Source: an uncultured delta proteobacterium (GTDB taxonomy: Bacteria; Myxococcota_A; UBA9160; UBA4427). Taken from it: 64,000 nucleotides of DNA. The stretch spans positions 800,001 through 864,000 of the forward strand of contig CAWGJT010000010.1 in the NCBI GenBank assembly GCA_963822965.1. The letters are read 5' to 3'. Position 1 is the first letter of the stretch; every line of letters starts with the position of its first letter. Position numbers and translations under genes: made by a program. The notes beneath the pieces were generated by a model. It made no database searches, was not told the DNA's origin, and saw only the letters and a list, made by a program, of their open reading frames with translations. Below are positions 42,121 to 51,463 of the stretch, piece after piece.

Positions 42121-43659
42121 TCAGGCGCGCGCGAGCTGCTTCTCGAGGTCGGCGAGCAGGGCCGGGATGTCGGCCGCGCGGGGCGCGACCCCGAAGACCA
42201 GGTGGTCCGGGCGTGCCACGAAGGCGTGGACGTCGTTCGCCTCGAAGAAGGAGCGCGCAGCACCGGGCTCCCACGACTGGAGCCAGACGCCGTCCGGGGG
42301 TGCGGGGCCGGGCGCGTCGGACCAGACGGCCAGGCGTCCTCCGGCCGCCGCGAAGGCACGGCGGGCGCGCTCGTCGGGCCAGCCCTCGGGGCTGCGCATC
42401 ACCAGACGGAAGCCGGAGCCCGTGACCTCGTCCTGGAGCCGGGCATGGTCCCCGTCTCGAACGAGCGGCTGCGGCGCGAGGCGTCGCACCAGACGGTGCT
42501 CTTCCGACCGGAAGCAGCCCTCGCCCGCGGCCGGCAATCCGGAGAGCAGGGACTCCCGACCGCCGGGGCTCGCCAGCATCTGGGCGTCGCGCGCGCGCGC
42601 CAGCTCGGGGTCCTGGGTGCAGATGATGCGGCCGGCGTTCACGGCGCGCTCGATCATCTCCCGCACGTGGGGCAGGCGCTCGCTGCCGTAGGTCGAGACC
42701 AGGGCAGGGGAGGCCTGTCCGCGCAGCACCCGGTCGAGCTTCCAGGCGAGGTTCATGGCATCGCGGATGCCCGCGCACATGCCCTGGCCGAGGAAGGGAG
42801 GCGTCTGGTGGGCGGCGTCGCCGGCGATGGCGATGCGACCCCGGGTCCACTCCCGCGCATACAGGGCGTGGAAGCGGTAGACCGCGGCGCGCACCACCTG
42901 GACGGCGTCGGGATCGACCCAGCTCGCCAGCAGCGCCCGCAGTCGCGCGGGCTGCACCATCTCCCGGGGATCCTCGTCGGGGCGGAGCATGAACTCGAAG
43001 CGGTAGAAGCCGTGGGCGCACGGCACGAGGGTGGTGGGACGCGCGGGATCGCAGAGCTGCACGCAGATGTCGGGAAGGTCGTAGGCGCCGCGCAAGTCGA
43101 CGACGACCCACGGCTCGTCGAAGCCCAGATCCTCGAGCGGAAGCCCCGCCTCGACGCGAACCAGGCTGCTCGCGCCGTCGCAGCCCACGATCCAGCGGGC
43201 CTCCACGTCCTGCTCGCGTCCGCGAGCGTCCCGCATCCGCAGCGCCGCTCCCTCGTCGCCCTGGCGAACGCCCGTGACCTCGCAGCCCAGCTGGACGTCG
43301 GTGGTCGGCAGCTCGCTGGCACGCTCGCGCAGCACGGCCTCGAGGCTCGGCTGGTGGAACATGTAGTCCGCCTTCCAGCCCTGGCTCGTCTCTTCGCCCA
43401 TCGGGACGGCGATGAGCACCTCCCGGGCGGCCGTCCAGAACTCACAGCCCGACGCCGGTCGGGTGTGGGGCAGGAGACGCTCGGCGACGCCCAGGGTCTG
43501 GAAGATGCGCATCACCTCGTGGTCGAAGTGCACCGCGCGGGGGAGGCTGTAGACCTCCGTCTCCCGGTCCACGACACACACCCGATGTCCCTGCTCGGCC
43601 AGCAGGCCCGCGAGGCAGGCCCCGGTCGGCCCGAAGCCGGCGATGGCGACGTCGTACAT
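42121..43659 (-). CDS. FAD-dependent aromatic hydroxylase, MhpA-like
   Basis: GFGPTG, PRAVHFDHEVMR, GCDGASS, AGDAAHQTPPFLGQGMCAGIRDA. Confidence 0.92.
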   Translation of the reverse strand: MYDVAIAGFGPTGACLAGLLAEQGHRVCVVDRETEVYSLPRAVHFDHEVMRIFQTLGVAERLLPHTRPASGCEFWTAAREVLIAVPMGEETSQGWKADYMFHQPSLEAVLRERASELPTTDVQLGCEVTGVRQGDEGAALRMRDARGREQDVEARWIVGCDGASSLVRVEAGLPLEDLGFDEPWVVVDLRGAYDLPDICVQLCDPARPTTLVPCAHGFYRFEFMLRPDEDPREMVQPARLRALLASWVDPDAVQVVRAAVYRFHALYAREWTRGRIAIAGDAAHQTPPFLGQGMCAGIRDAMNLAWKLDRVLRGQASPALVSTYGSERLPHVREMIERAVNAGRIICTQDPELARARDAQMLASPGGRESLLSGLPAAGEGCFRSEEHRLVRRLAPQPLVRDGDHARLQDEVTGSGFRLVMRSPEGWPDERARRAFAAAGGRLAVWSDAPGPAPPDGVWLQSWEPGAARSFFEANDVHAFVARPDHLVFGVAPRAADIPALLADLEKQLARA

Positions 43660-43704
43660 CGGAAGGTGTCCTCTCCGGGCTCTCGGCGATGGGATCCGTG
43701 GTCC

Positions 43705-43752
43705 TTGCGGATGTCTTAGTCAATCGTATAATCCGATTGGTCGCAAGACTAA
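43705..43752. promoter_or_regulatory. Divergent sigma70-type promoter region with nested inverted repeats (candidate TetR operator)
   Basis: TTGCGG-16-TATAAT (43705-43732); CAATCG-N7-CGATTG (43721-43739); TTAGTC...GACTAA (43716-43752). Confidence 0.6.
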
Positions 43753-43802
43753 ATCCGGCAGAACGACGGCAGGCCGAGCTCGACGAACGGGGAGATCGAA
43801 GG

Positions 43803-44471
43803 ATGGCATCCGGCGCGGTCCGAGCGGCCCAGGCACAGCAGGGCCCGGGACACCAGGGACAGGAGACCCGCGAGCGAATCCTCGAGGCGGCGTTGCAGGT
43901 CTTCTCCGAGCGCGGCTTCGACGGCGCCACCACGCGCGAGATCGCCTCCCGCGCGGACGCGAACGTGGGTCTCCTGCAGTACTACTTCGGCGACAAGCAG
44001 AGCCTGTGGCAGACCGCGGTGGACCGGGCGTTCGAAGACCTGGAGGGAGGGCTCCTCGACCTCGAGGCGATGCCGGCCGGCGGCGACGAGCGGGAACGCA
44101 TGCGCCGACTGCTCCGCCGCTACGTGCGCTTCGTCGGTCGCAATCCCGACTTCATCCGCATCATGCACGACGAGGGGAAGCGCCCGGGGCCGCGCATGCG
44201 CTGGCTCGTCGACCATCACGTGAAGCCTCTCTACGAGAAGATCACCGCCTGGCTGCAACGAGCACAGCGCGAGGGCTCCGTGCCCGCCGACATCGAGCCG
44301 CTCCACCTGCACTACATCCTGGTGGGGGCGGTGGGGCTGGTCTTCCACCAGGCGGCCGAGTGCCGCCGCTTGACCGGGAAGGATCCCGCAGACGGGGCGT
44401 TCATCGAGGCGCACGCCGCCGCCGTCGAACGCGTGCTGCTGGGCCCGCCGCCACAGGAGAAGAAGCCGTGA
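43803..44471 (+). CDS. TetR/AcrR family transcriptional regulator
   Basis: TRERILEAALQVFSERGFDGATTREIA...YYFGDKQSL. Confidence 0.93.
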   Translation: MASGAVRAAQAQQGPGHQGQETRERILEAALQVFSERGFDGATTREIASRADANVGLLQYYFGDKQSLWQTAVDRAFEDLEGGLLDLEAMPAGGDERERMRRLLRRYVRFVGRNPDFIRIMHDEGKRPGPRMRWLVDHHVKPLYEKITAWLQRAQREGSVPADIEPLHLHYILVGAVGLVFHQAAECRRLTGKDPADGAFIEAHAAAVERVLLGPPPQEKKP

Positions 44472-45343
44472 GAATCGCAACCTTCCAGCAGGACGGCGTT
44501 GCCCGGGTGGGCGTCGTGCACGACGACGGCATCGTGGATCTCTCGCGCGTTGCGCCGGGTCTGCCCGCCACGACTCTGGCCCTGCTCGAGGCGGGGCCGG
44601 CCGCGCTTCGCGACGCGGCGGCCGCGGCGGACGGCGCCGAGGCGATCCCCCTCGAGAAGGTGACCCTGCTCGCGCCCATCTCGCGCCCGCCGAAGTTCTT
44701 CGGCGTGGGTCTCAACTACGCCGACCACGTCGCCGAGTCGGGCCTGGAACGGCCGAAGCATCCCACGATCTTCAACAAGCAGTCCACCTGCGTCACGGGT
44801 CCCACCGCTGCCATCCACCGGCCCCGCGTCTCGCCGGCCCTGGACTACGAGGGCGAGCTGGGCTTCGTGATCGGACGTCGCTGCCGACACGTGAGCCGCG
44901 ACGACGCCCGGGACGTGATCGCGGGCTACGTCGTCGTGAACGACGTGTCCGTGCGGGACTGGCAGCTGCGCGTTCCCACCTGGACCATGGGCAAGTCCTT
45001 CGACACCCACGGGCCCATGGGGCCCTGGCTGGTGACCGCCGACGAGGTGCCGGACCCGCACGCCCTGCGGCTGCGGACCTGGGTCAACGGCGAGCTGCGG
45101 CAGGAGTCGAACACGTGCCAGCTCATCTTCGACTGCTTCACGTTGGTCGAGCACCTGTCCACGGCCTTCACCCTGGAGCCGGGGGACGTGGTCGCCACGG
45201 GTACACCCGCCGGCGTGGGCATGGCCATGAAGCCGCCGAAGCTCCTGGTGCCGGGGGACGTGGTGAAGATCGAGATCGAGGGGATCGGCGCCATCGAGAA
45301 TCCCGTCGTCGAAGAGCCCGCGGACACGGCTTTCATCCGCTGA
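44468..45343 (+). CDS. Fumarylacetoacetate hydrolase family protein
   Basis: GVGLNYADH, LDYEGEL, NDVSVRDWQ, GKSFDT, PGDVVATGTPAGVG. Confidence 0.93.
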   Translation: MRIATFQQDGVARVGVVHDDGIVDLSRVAPGLPATTLALLEAGPAALRDAAAAADGAEAIPLEKVTLLAPISRPPKFFGVGLNYADHVAESGLERPKHPTIFNKQSTCVTGPTAAIHRPRVSPALDYEGELGFVIGRRCRHVSRDDARDVIAGYVVVNDVSVRDWQLRVPTWTMGKSFDTHGPMGPWLVTADEVPDPHALRLRTWVNGELRQESNTCQLIFDCFTLVEHLSTAFTLEPGDVVATGTPAGVGMAMKPPKLLVPGDVVKIEIEGIGAIENPVVEEPADTAFIR

Positions 45344-45366
45344 GCCATCCGTCGAGGAGGTCGATC

Positions 45367-46281
45367 ATGCCCGGAATCAAGGTCACCGACATCGCGTTCG
45401 TGCGCTTCTCGGCGCCGGACCTCGACCGCATGCAGAGCTTCCTCGAGGACTTCGGTCTACGGGTCCACGAGCGGGTGGGAGACGTGCTCTACGCCCGCGG
45501 CAGCGACCCGGAGCCCTGGATCCACGCCACCGAGCGCGGGCCGGCGGGCTTCCGCGGCGTGGCGTTCGACGCCGCCTCGGAGCGCGATCTGGAGGTGGCC
45601 GCCAAGATGGAGGGAGCCTCGGACATCGAGGCCCTCGACGGGCCCGGCGGCGGACACCGCGTGCGCATGCTCGACCCCGACGGCTTCTCGGTGGAGGTGG
45701 TTCACGGGCGCGCGCACCTCGACGCGCTTCCCGTGCGGGGCTCCCTGCCCCTGAATCGGGGAAGCGAGCGCCGCCGGCTCGGTCACCTGCAGCGCGTGCC
45801 GGCCGGCCCGGCCCAGGTGAAACGCCTGGGCCACGCCGTCGTGCGGGTGTCGAACCTGTCGCGCAGCGAGTCCTGGTACCAGTCGCGCTTCGGCTTCCTG
45901 GTCTCCGACGAGGTGCGGCTGAACGACGACGGGCCCGTGGTCACGTCGTTCCTGCGCTGCGATCGGGGTCCGATCCACGTGGACCACCACACCTTCCTGT
46001 GCGTCGGAGTGGGGGACCCGGGCTTCGACCACGCCGCCTTCGAGGTGGAGGACTTCGACGCCGTGATGTGCGGTCACGAGCATCTCTCGGCGCGCGGGTG
46101 GGACCACGCCACCGGCGTCGGACGCCACATCCTGGGCTCCCAGGTCTACGACTACTGGCGCGATCCCTGGGGCAATACGCTCGAGCACTTCACCGACGGC
46201 GACCTGCTCGACGCCAGCGCGCCGCCGGGCCGACAGACGCCCCGGGTCGCTCTGGGCACCCAGTGGGGCCGCTTCGGCTGA
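45367..46281 (+). CDS. VOC-family extradiol ring-cleavage dioxygenase-like protein
   Basis: KRLGHAV, VDHHTF, FDHAAFEV, GVGRHILGSQVYDYWRDPWGNTLEHFTDGD. Confidence 0.88.
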   Translation: MPGIKVTDIAFVRFSAPDLDRMQSFLEDFGLRVHERVGDVLYARGSDPEPWIHATERGPAGFRGVAFDAASERDLEVAAKMEGASDIEALDGPGGGHRVRMLDPDGFSVEVVHGRAHLDALPVRGSLPLNRGSERRRLGHLQRVPAGPAQVKRLGHAVVRVSNLSRSESWYQSRFGFLVSDEVRLNDDGPVVTSFLRCDRGPIHVDHHTFLCVGVGDPGFDHAAFEVEDFDAVMCGHEHLSARGWDHATGVGRHILGSQVYDYWRDPWGNTLEHFTDGDLLDASAPPGRQTPRVALGTQWGRFG

Positions 46282-46349
46282 GGCGCCAGCCCGGCCCGGA
46301 CGTCCTACGCTCCGCCCAAGCATGCGAGGCCGGCGCGCGCTCCGCGTCT
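46069..46349 (+). repeat. Left copy of ~281-bp direct repeat (3' end of VOC gene, spacer and first codons of GDSL gene)
   Basis: Matches 50455-50735 at offset 4386 with about 7 mismatches by eye. Confidence 0.92.
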
Positions 46350-46756
46350 GGGACCACTGTTCAGGCTTACATGGACCTGCAGATGAAGATCCCGGAACTC
46401 CTTGGGTCACCCCGGCGCGACTTCGACTTCGAATGACCGCTCCAGGCACACCGCAGACTTCCCGGACCGCGCCGAAGAAGAACTCGGACCAAGAGGGCGG
46501 ACAGGCGCGACGAGAAGACCGCCGATCCCCCCCACTCGGCATCCGGGGCCGTCTTCAGACCGCCAGGGCCGCTCGAGCGTGTCTCGATGCGTCGCTGTGC
46601 GCCAAGATGCGCCCACAAGAGCCCAACTACTCGTCATCGTTCGGCTCCGGCTCGAGGTGCATGATCGGGGATCTGGGGGTCGTCAGCGAAGGCTGACGGC
46701 CGGGAATCCGTTCTGCGGATGGCACTCGCGGGCCCGTCGTCTCTGGTTCCGGGTCT

Positions 46757-47002
46757 TTACAGCTTCTTCACCACCACCCGGCCCTGCGCGTCGACGAACA
46801 CGTGATAGCGATTGCCGTCTTTGCAGGTGGCAGTGTAATCGCTGTCGCCGTTGCGCTTGGCATCGACCAATTCATCGCAAGGCATGCCCTGTAGTGCGAT
46901 CGTCGCCTTGAGATCTTTTTCGATAGACGCTTGCTCGGCATGCAGCGGCGCTGCATGGCAAACCATGGCAGCGGTCGCGGCAAGAATGGCGATGCGGTTC
47001 AC
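46757..47002 (-). CDS. Small secreted hypothetical protein (two Cys in mature part)
   Basis: Signal peptide ...AAPLHA|EQ; GMPCDE...YTATCKDGNRYHV; GGAGG RBS. Confidence 0.75.
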   Translation of the reverse strand: MNRIAILAATAAMVCHAAPLHAEQASIEKDLKATIALQGMPCDELVDAKRNGDSDYTATCKDGNRYHVFVDAQGRVVVKKL

Positions 47003-47014
47003 GAGAACCTCCTG

Positions 47015-47650
47015 TCAGCCAACTTCGATCTGTGCGAATTTGTCCGGATCGCGAAGGATGTCCCAAATCACTTCGCGCGACGACGAGATGTCGGATGCAA
47101 GCGCCTGGTCGCTGTCCTGCAGCAAGCTGAGCACCTTCATGATCAGCAAATCATAGCGTTGCCTCAGCGTCGTAAGCGGTGTGTTCACCTTGCCGCGGTA
47201 CATCGCCCTGAATTCATCCAGCAGATCATCGATTTGATTCTTGAGCGATAGCTTGGAGAACACGCCAATGGCGTTCGTATCACGAAGACGCTGCTTCAAT
47301 GACGCCAGATCCAGCGCTGGCGCCGTCGTTTGCTTGGCCAATGCCACGTTCGGCGCGGCTACTGCTTCTTCTGTCCCGCTCGTGGATGCCGACGTAGAGG
47401 CGACGGTCTTGGGTGTGGGCGCCGCTGGCCTGGCAGCGGCGACCGGTGCTGCTGGCTCGGCCGTTGCGGTCGACGCAGGTTCGACGACGGTCGTCGACGG
47501 TGCAGCGGCATCCGTCGATGCCGGCTGGGGCCGGCTCTCCGACTCGGTCGATCGGCTCGACGGGCAGCCGGTAACGCAGACCAGCATCAGCAACCCAGCG
47601 ATCCGCAGGTGTTGCATCGAGAACTCCAATGGCTGATTGGACATCGCCAT
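47015..47650 (-). CDS. Hypothetical lipoprotein (Ala/Pro/Thr linker plus helical C-domain)
   Basis: Lipobox LVCVTGC; C-domain LKQRLRDTNAIGVFSKLSLKNQIDDL...LLQDSD...SREVIWDILRDP; start may be ~11 codons later. Confidence 0.75.
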   Translation of the reverse strand: MAMSNQPLEFSMQHLRIAGLLMLVCVTGCPSSRSTESESRPQPASTDAAAPSTTVVEPASTATAEPAAPVAAARPAAPTPKTVASTSASTSGTEEAVAAPNVALAKQTTAPALDLASLKQRLRDTNAIGVFSKLSLKNQIDDLLDEFRAMYRGKVNTPLTTLRQRYDLLIMKVLSLLQDSDQALASDISSSREVIWDILRDPDKFAQIEVG

Positions 47651-48003
47651 CCCACACCCATCAGCCGCGTCGCCCTGCGAACCTCCGGAGTCTCCGCTTC
47701 CGAGGCCAGCATCGCCGCGGCCCGAGCCTCCAGAGCACGAGATCCAGCGTGCGTACGCTCGTGAAGCGCTTCGCGACGTCGGGCCAGTTCGCGAGCTTCC
47801 AGAACGCCTTCACCCAGTCGCCCTTGACGAACATCCGGAGTGTCGCAGATGCGCGGCGCTGGCAGCATCGAACCCGCCTCTCCGGTGCGCGATATCCCCG
47901 GAATCAGGGAGTCGTTCGGCATCTCTCTGCAACAGCGAGGGCCGCGTCATCCAAACGGATCTCGACGGGGTCCGTAGCCAGCACGGACGAGGCGTCGATC
48001 ACG

Positions 48004-49806
48004 TCATCGGCGAGCTCGCGGGTGCGCTTCTTCGACGACCCCGGGGTCCCGGCGACGTCGAAGCGCCAGGGTCGAGCCCAGCAGCAGGACGACCAGGCAG
48101 AGCGTCCCCGGAAGCGCCATCGAGGGGACCTTGGCGCTGGTTCCGTCGGACGCGCAGGCCCGGACGTGCGTCAGCAGCCCGTTCGCCCAGCCGCTGTTCT
48201 GGTTGCGACCGTCCAGCACGCGGAAGGCGCCGGCATCGAATCCCCCCGAATAGGCCAGGCTGGTGTTGTCGAACAGGAAGTACCGAAGCAGGTAGGGCCG
48301 ACGCTCCTGGATCCCGTGAGGAAGATCGAAGTCGATCTCGTAGCGCAGGCCCGCCAGCAGCGAAGCCTCGACGGGGAGGTCGACGAAGTGCGCGTGGCCT
48401 GGGACCACGTTCACCGTGCGGCGGCTCAGGATCGGTCCCGCCGTCGTCCCGGACAGAGCCCGCAGCGTCACCTGGTACTCGAAGCTCTCCAGGGGCTCGA
48501 GATAGGAGCCGAACGCGCGGATGGACGCCGGGGCGATCATCTCCACCCCGACCCCGCGCTCCGAGTCGTCCCAGGCGATGAAGCGCTCCGGGGGATGGCC
48601 GAGATCGTCGCAGCCCGACACCCGGGGCAGGTCCTCGAGGTCGTAGCAGACACGGAAGTGCGGTGTGAAGAAGTTGCCCCAGCCGGAGATGCCGCTGCGC
48701 CCGTCGAGCACCTTGAACGGAGGGGCGGCATACGCCAGCTGGGGGTCGAGGGAGGGATTGTGGTGGCTGCTGTACTCCATGCTGTACGGTCGAACGCCGG
48801 AACCGCCTCCCACCCGGTCGAAGCGGATGGCGTATCGGGTCCCGGGATGGAAGGTCACCCCGACGGGCACGTTCACCCAACGCGGAGCCTCCGGTCCGAC
48901 CATCTGGGAGGCCGTCGCGACCAGACCCCCCAGGCTGCCGTCCGACAGGATCGTGTTCACGGCGACCTCGAGATCGACCGTCTCGGTGGTCCCGAGATAG
49001 ACGCCGATTGCCGACGCCGTCAGCTCGCGACCCACCGTCACGCCGATGCCGACGTCGGTATCGATGCCGCCGAGCTGTCCGCGGTCCTCTCCGGTCGGGC
49101 GCCCGAGGTCGATGCACACCTGCGACTTGCGATGGGTGACGGCCAGCTGGATGTAGTCGACGTTCGTGTCGTCCTGGATCCACGTATCGAGCAGACCGTA
49201 AGCGTTGAGGTCGTCTACGAGGGTCGTCGTGGAACCGTCGGTCTTCGGGAGAGCCGAGAGATCGAGAACGAGCGTGTAGCCGTCCGGCCCGTAGGCCGCG
49301 ACGATCTCGGACTTCGACCACAACACCGTTTGCAGGCCGTGATCCTCGGGATTGCCGCAGTTGCCGAACGCGGAGCAGTCGCCCAGCTGGCGGACCCAGG
49401 TGGGCGAGCCGGCCACGGCCTGGCCAGCAGGTCCCGTGAAGGTCAGGCCCACGCTGTCGTTGATGACGACGGAGCCCTGGTCGTACTCCGCGTTCGGACG
49501 CAGCCGGGCCGTCAACACGGCGCCGGTGATCGTTCCCTGCAGCTCCGACAGGTCGAAGGTGTGCAACAGCTCGGTGTTGACGCTCGTATCGTCGAAGGTG
49601 CGCCGCGGACCGGTCAGGCGTGCGTCGAAGCCGGGCGAAGGCGAGGAGAGCTCGGGGCCGTCCGACTCGTCGTAGGCGTCGATCCGGCCCGCGAGAAACA
49701 CCGTTTCGTCGCCACGGGCGCGCTCGGGCAGTGCCGCCGCCAGACCCGAGACGACGGCGAGAAGGGCACACCAACAGGGGGTGGATCCCCGCGGTAGGGA
49801 GCTCAT
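48004..49806 (-). CDS. Secreted surface protein with internal repeat and C-terminal IPTL/PEP-CTERM-like sorting signal
   Basis: Signal peptide; beta-rich; repeated FKVLDGR..SGWGN / FRVLDGR..SGWAN; ends VPSMALPG-hydrophobic-RRRR. Confidence 0.75.
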   Translation of the reverse strand: MSSLPRGSTPCWCALLAVVSGLAAALPERARGDETVFLAGRIDAYDESDGPELSSPSPGFDARLTGPRRTFDDTSVNTELLHTFDLSELQGTITGAVLTARLRPNAEYDQGSVVINDSVGLTFTGPAGQAVAGSPTWVRQLGDCSAFGNCGNPEDHGLQTVLWSKSEIVAAYGPDGYTLVLDLSALPKTDGSTTTLVDDLNAYGLLDTWIQDDTNVDYIQLAVTHRKSQVCIDLGRPTGEDRGQLGGIDTDVGIGVTVGRELTASAIGVYLGTTETVDLEVAVNTILSDGSLGGLVATASQMVGPEAPRWVNVPVGVTFHPGTRYAIRFDRVGGGSGVRPYSMEYSSHHNPSLDPQLAYAAPPFKVLDGRSGISGWGNFFTPHFRVCYDLEDLPRVSGCDDLGHPPERFIAWDDSERGVGVEMIAPASIRAFGSYLEPLESFEYQVTLRALSGTTAGPILSRRTVNVVPGHAHFVDLPVEASLLAGLRYEIDFDLPHGIQERRPYLLRYFLFDNTSLAYSGGFDAGAFRVLDGRNQNSGWANGLLTHVRACASDGTSAKVPSMALPGTLCLVVLLLGSTLALRRRRDPGVVEEAHPRARR

Positions 49807-50454
49807 ATCCGTCCTCGACCAGAGGTCTACACGAGAGAGCGGCAGCCGACTCCAGGCATATCACGAATCGCGCGGGCCAGGTGGAAAATCGAGCATGAGC
49901 ATCATAAGGGGATGGCGTCTGCGGACAGCGACGGAAGTCTCCGAGAACACAAAGGTTGGTGCCTCCCGTGCGCGGCGCGAATCGTAACTCGCCGGCGTCG
50001 CCGCGCCGGATTGCGTGCTTCGGCGCGGCGCCGCCGCATGTTGGGATGGTCCCGCGAGAAGGATCTGCGTCTGGCCTCCCACTTCCAGCGACAGGAGGGC
50101 GGGGACGTCGTCGTGAACTACGTCCGGGCATGGACTACGTGTGCAACTGCACCAGAGACTTCGCGTGCGTCAGAGCCTGGCCGACACTCTGCCCGGGCTC
50201 AGCCGCGTGCCGGTGTGTCGGCGAGCCGCACCTCGCCGTCCACGAAGTGGATCGGCCCGCGCTGGGTCCTGAACGCGCCGCAGATACTCCGCCCGCTCTC
50301 GAGGTCGGACTCGACGCCGTGCCCCGGACAGGCGATCCGGCTGGCGCTTGCATGGCCGTCCTTCAGGAGGACGCCCCCATGAGGGCGCCGGCCATCAGAG
50401 TCGAGAGAGCGGACTCGATCGCCTCTCGCTCGATCCCGAGTCGCTTCATCTCCA

Positions 50455-50735
50455 TGCGGTCGCGAGCATCTCTCGGCTTGCGGGTGGGACCACGCCACCG
50501 GCGTCGGACGCCACATCCTGGGCTCCCAGGTCTACGACTACTGGCGCGATCCCTGGGGCAATACGCTCGAGCACTTCACCGACGGCGACCTGCTCGACGC
50601 CAGCGCGCCGCCGGGCCGGCAGACGCCCCGGGTCGCTCTGGGCACCCAGTGGGGTCGCTTCGGCTGAGGCGCCAGCCCGGCCCGGACGTCCTACGCTCCG
50701 CCGAAGCATGCGAGGCCGGCGCGCGCTCCTCGTCT
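50455..50735 (+). repeat. Right copy of ~281-bp direct repeat (orphan VOC 3' fragment plus functional GDSL start)
   Basis: Second copy of ...GWDHATGVGRHILGSQVYDYW...GRFG* followed by ATG 50708. Confidence 0.92.
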
Positions 50736-51415
50736 CCTCCCTGGTCCTGAACGTCCTCCTGATCGGGGGCGGCTTGCTGGCGCTCGTCCAGCTGCCGTCG
50801 CTCACCGGCTACTTCGTCGGACGGGCCGCCGAGCGTCGATCGACGCAGTTCGCCGTGTTGTCCGAGCACGCGGCGGCCCCGGCGGTGCGGTCCGGTCCGG
50901 TCGTCTTCCTCGGCGACAGCATCACCGAAGGCGGAATCTGGTCCGAGCTCTTTCCGGGGGTGAGCGTGCGCAACCGGGGTGTCGGCGGCGACACCACGCG
51001 GCGGGTCCTGGCCCGCATCGAGGACGTCCATCGGCTGGCCCCGCACCGCATCTTCCTGATGATCGGCGTGAACGACCTGAACGCCGGCATCCCGCCGTCG
51101 GAGACCGAGGCCAACCTGCGTGCGCTGCTGGACGACCTTGCCCGCAACCTTCCCGACTGCGAGGTCGTGGTGCAGAGCGTTCTGCCGGTGAACGACGACT
51201 GGCTGGGACGCGTGGACAACGCGGAGATCCTGGCGCTGAACCGGATTCTCGAGCGGGAGGCCGCCGCACGGGGGCTCCGCTACGTGGATCTGCACGCGCT
51301 CTTCGTGGGGCCCGACGGGCAGCTGCGGCGGGAGCTCAGCAACGACGGCGTCCACCTGCTCGGTCCCGGCTACGAGATCTGGCGATCCGCCATCGCACCG
51401 CTCGTCGCGAAGTAG
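50708..51415 (+). CDS. SGNH/GDSL hydrolase
   Basis: FLGDSITE, NRGVGGDTT, MIGVND, DGVHL. Confidence 0.92.
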   Translation: MRGRRALLVSSLVLNVLLIGGGLLALVQLPSLTGYFVGRAAERRSTQFAVLSEHAAAPAVRSGPVVFLGDSITEGGIWSELFPGVSVRNRGVGGDTTRRVLARIEDVHRLAPHRIFLMIGVNDLNAGIPPSETEANLRALLDDLARNLPDCEVVVQSVLPVNDDWLGRVDNAEILALNRILEREAAARGLRYVDLHALFVGPDGQLRRELSNDGVHLLGPGYEIWRSAIAPLVAK

Positions 51416-51463
51416 GGGCTTCGGTTACCGTATCGGCCGTCGCGCCAGGACGAGGTCGATGCG

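Larger units (their letters stand above)
46350..50454. mobile_element. Putative genomic islet (~4.1 kb) with no recognisable recombinase
   Basis: Bounded by long direct repeats; visibly more A/T at third codon positions (46757-47650); accessory exported proteins; long non-coding or remnant stretches. Confidence 0.55.

Noticed and set aside
46350..50454. Islet as an integron cassette array or prophage
   Set aside because: No intI, no convincing attC (RYYYAAC...GTTRRRY) pairs and no phage genes found by eye.
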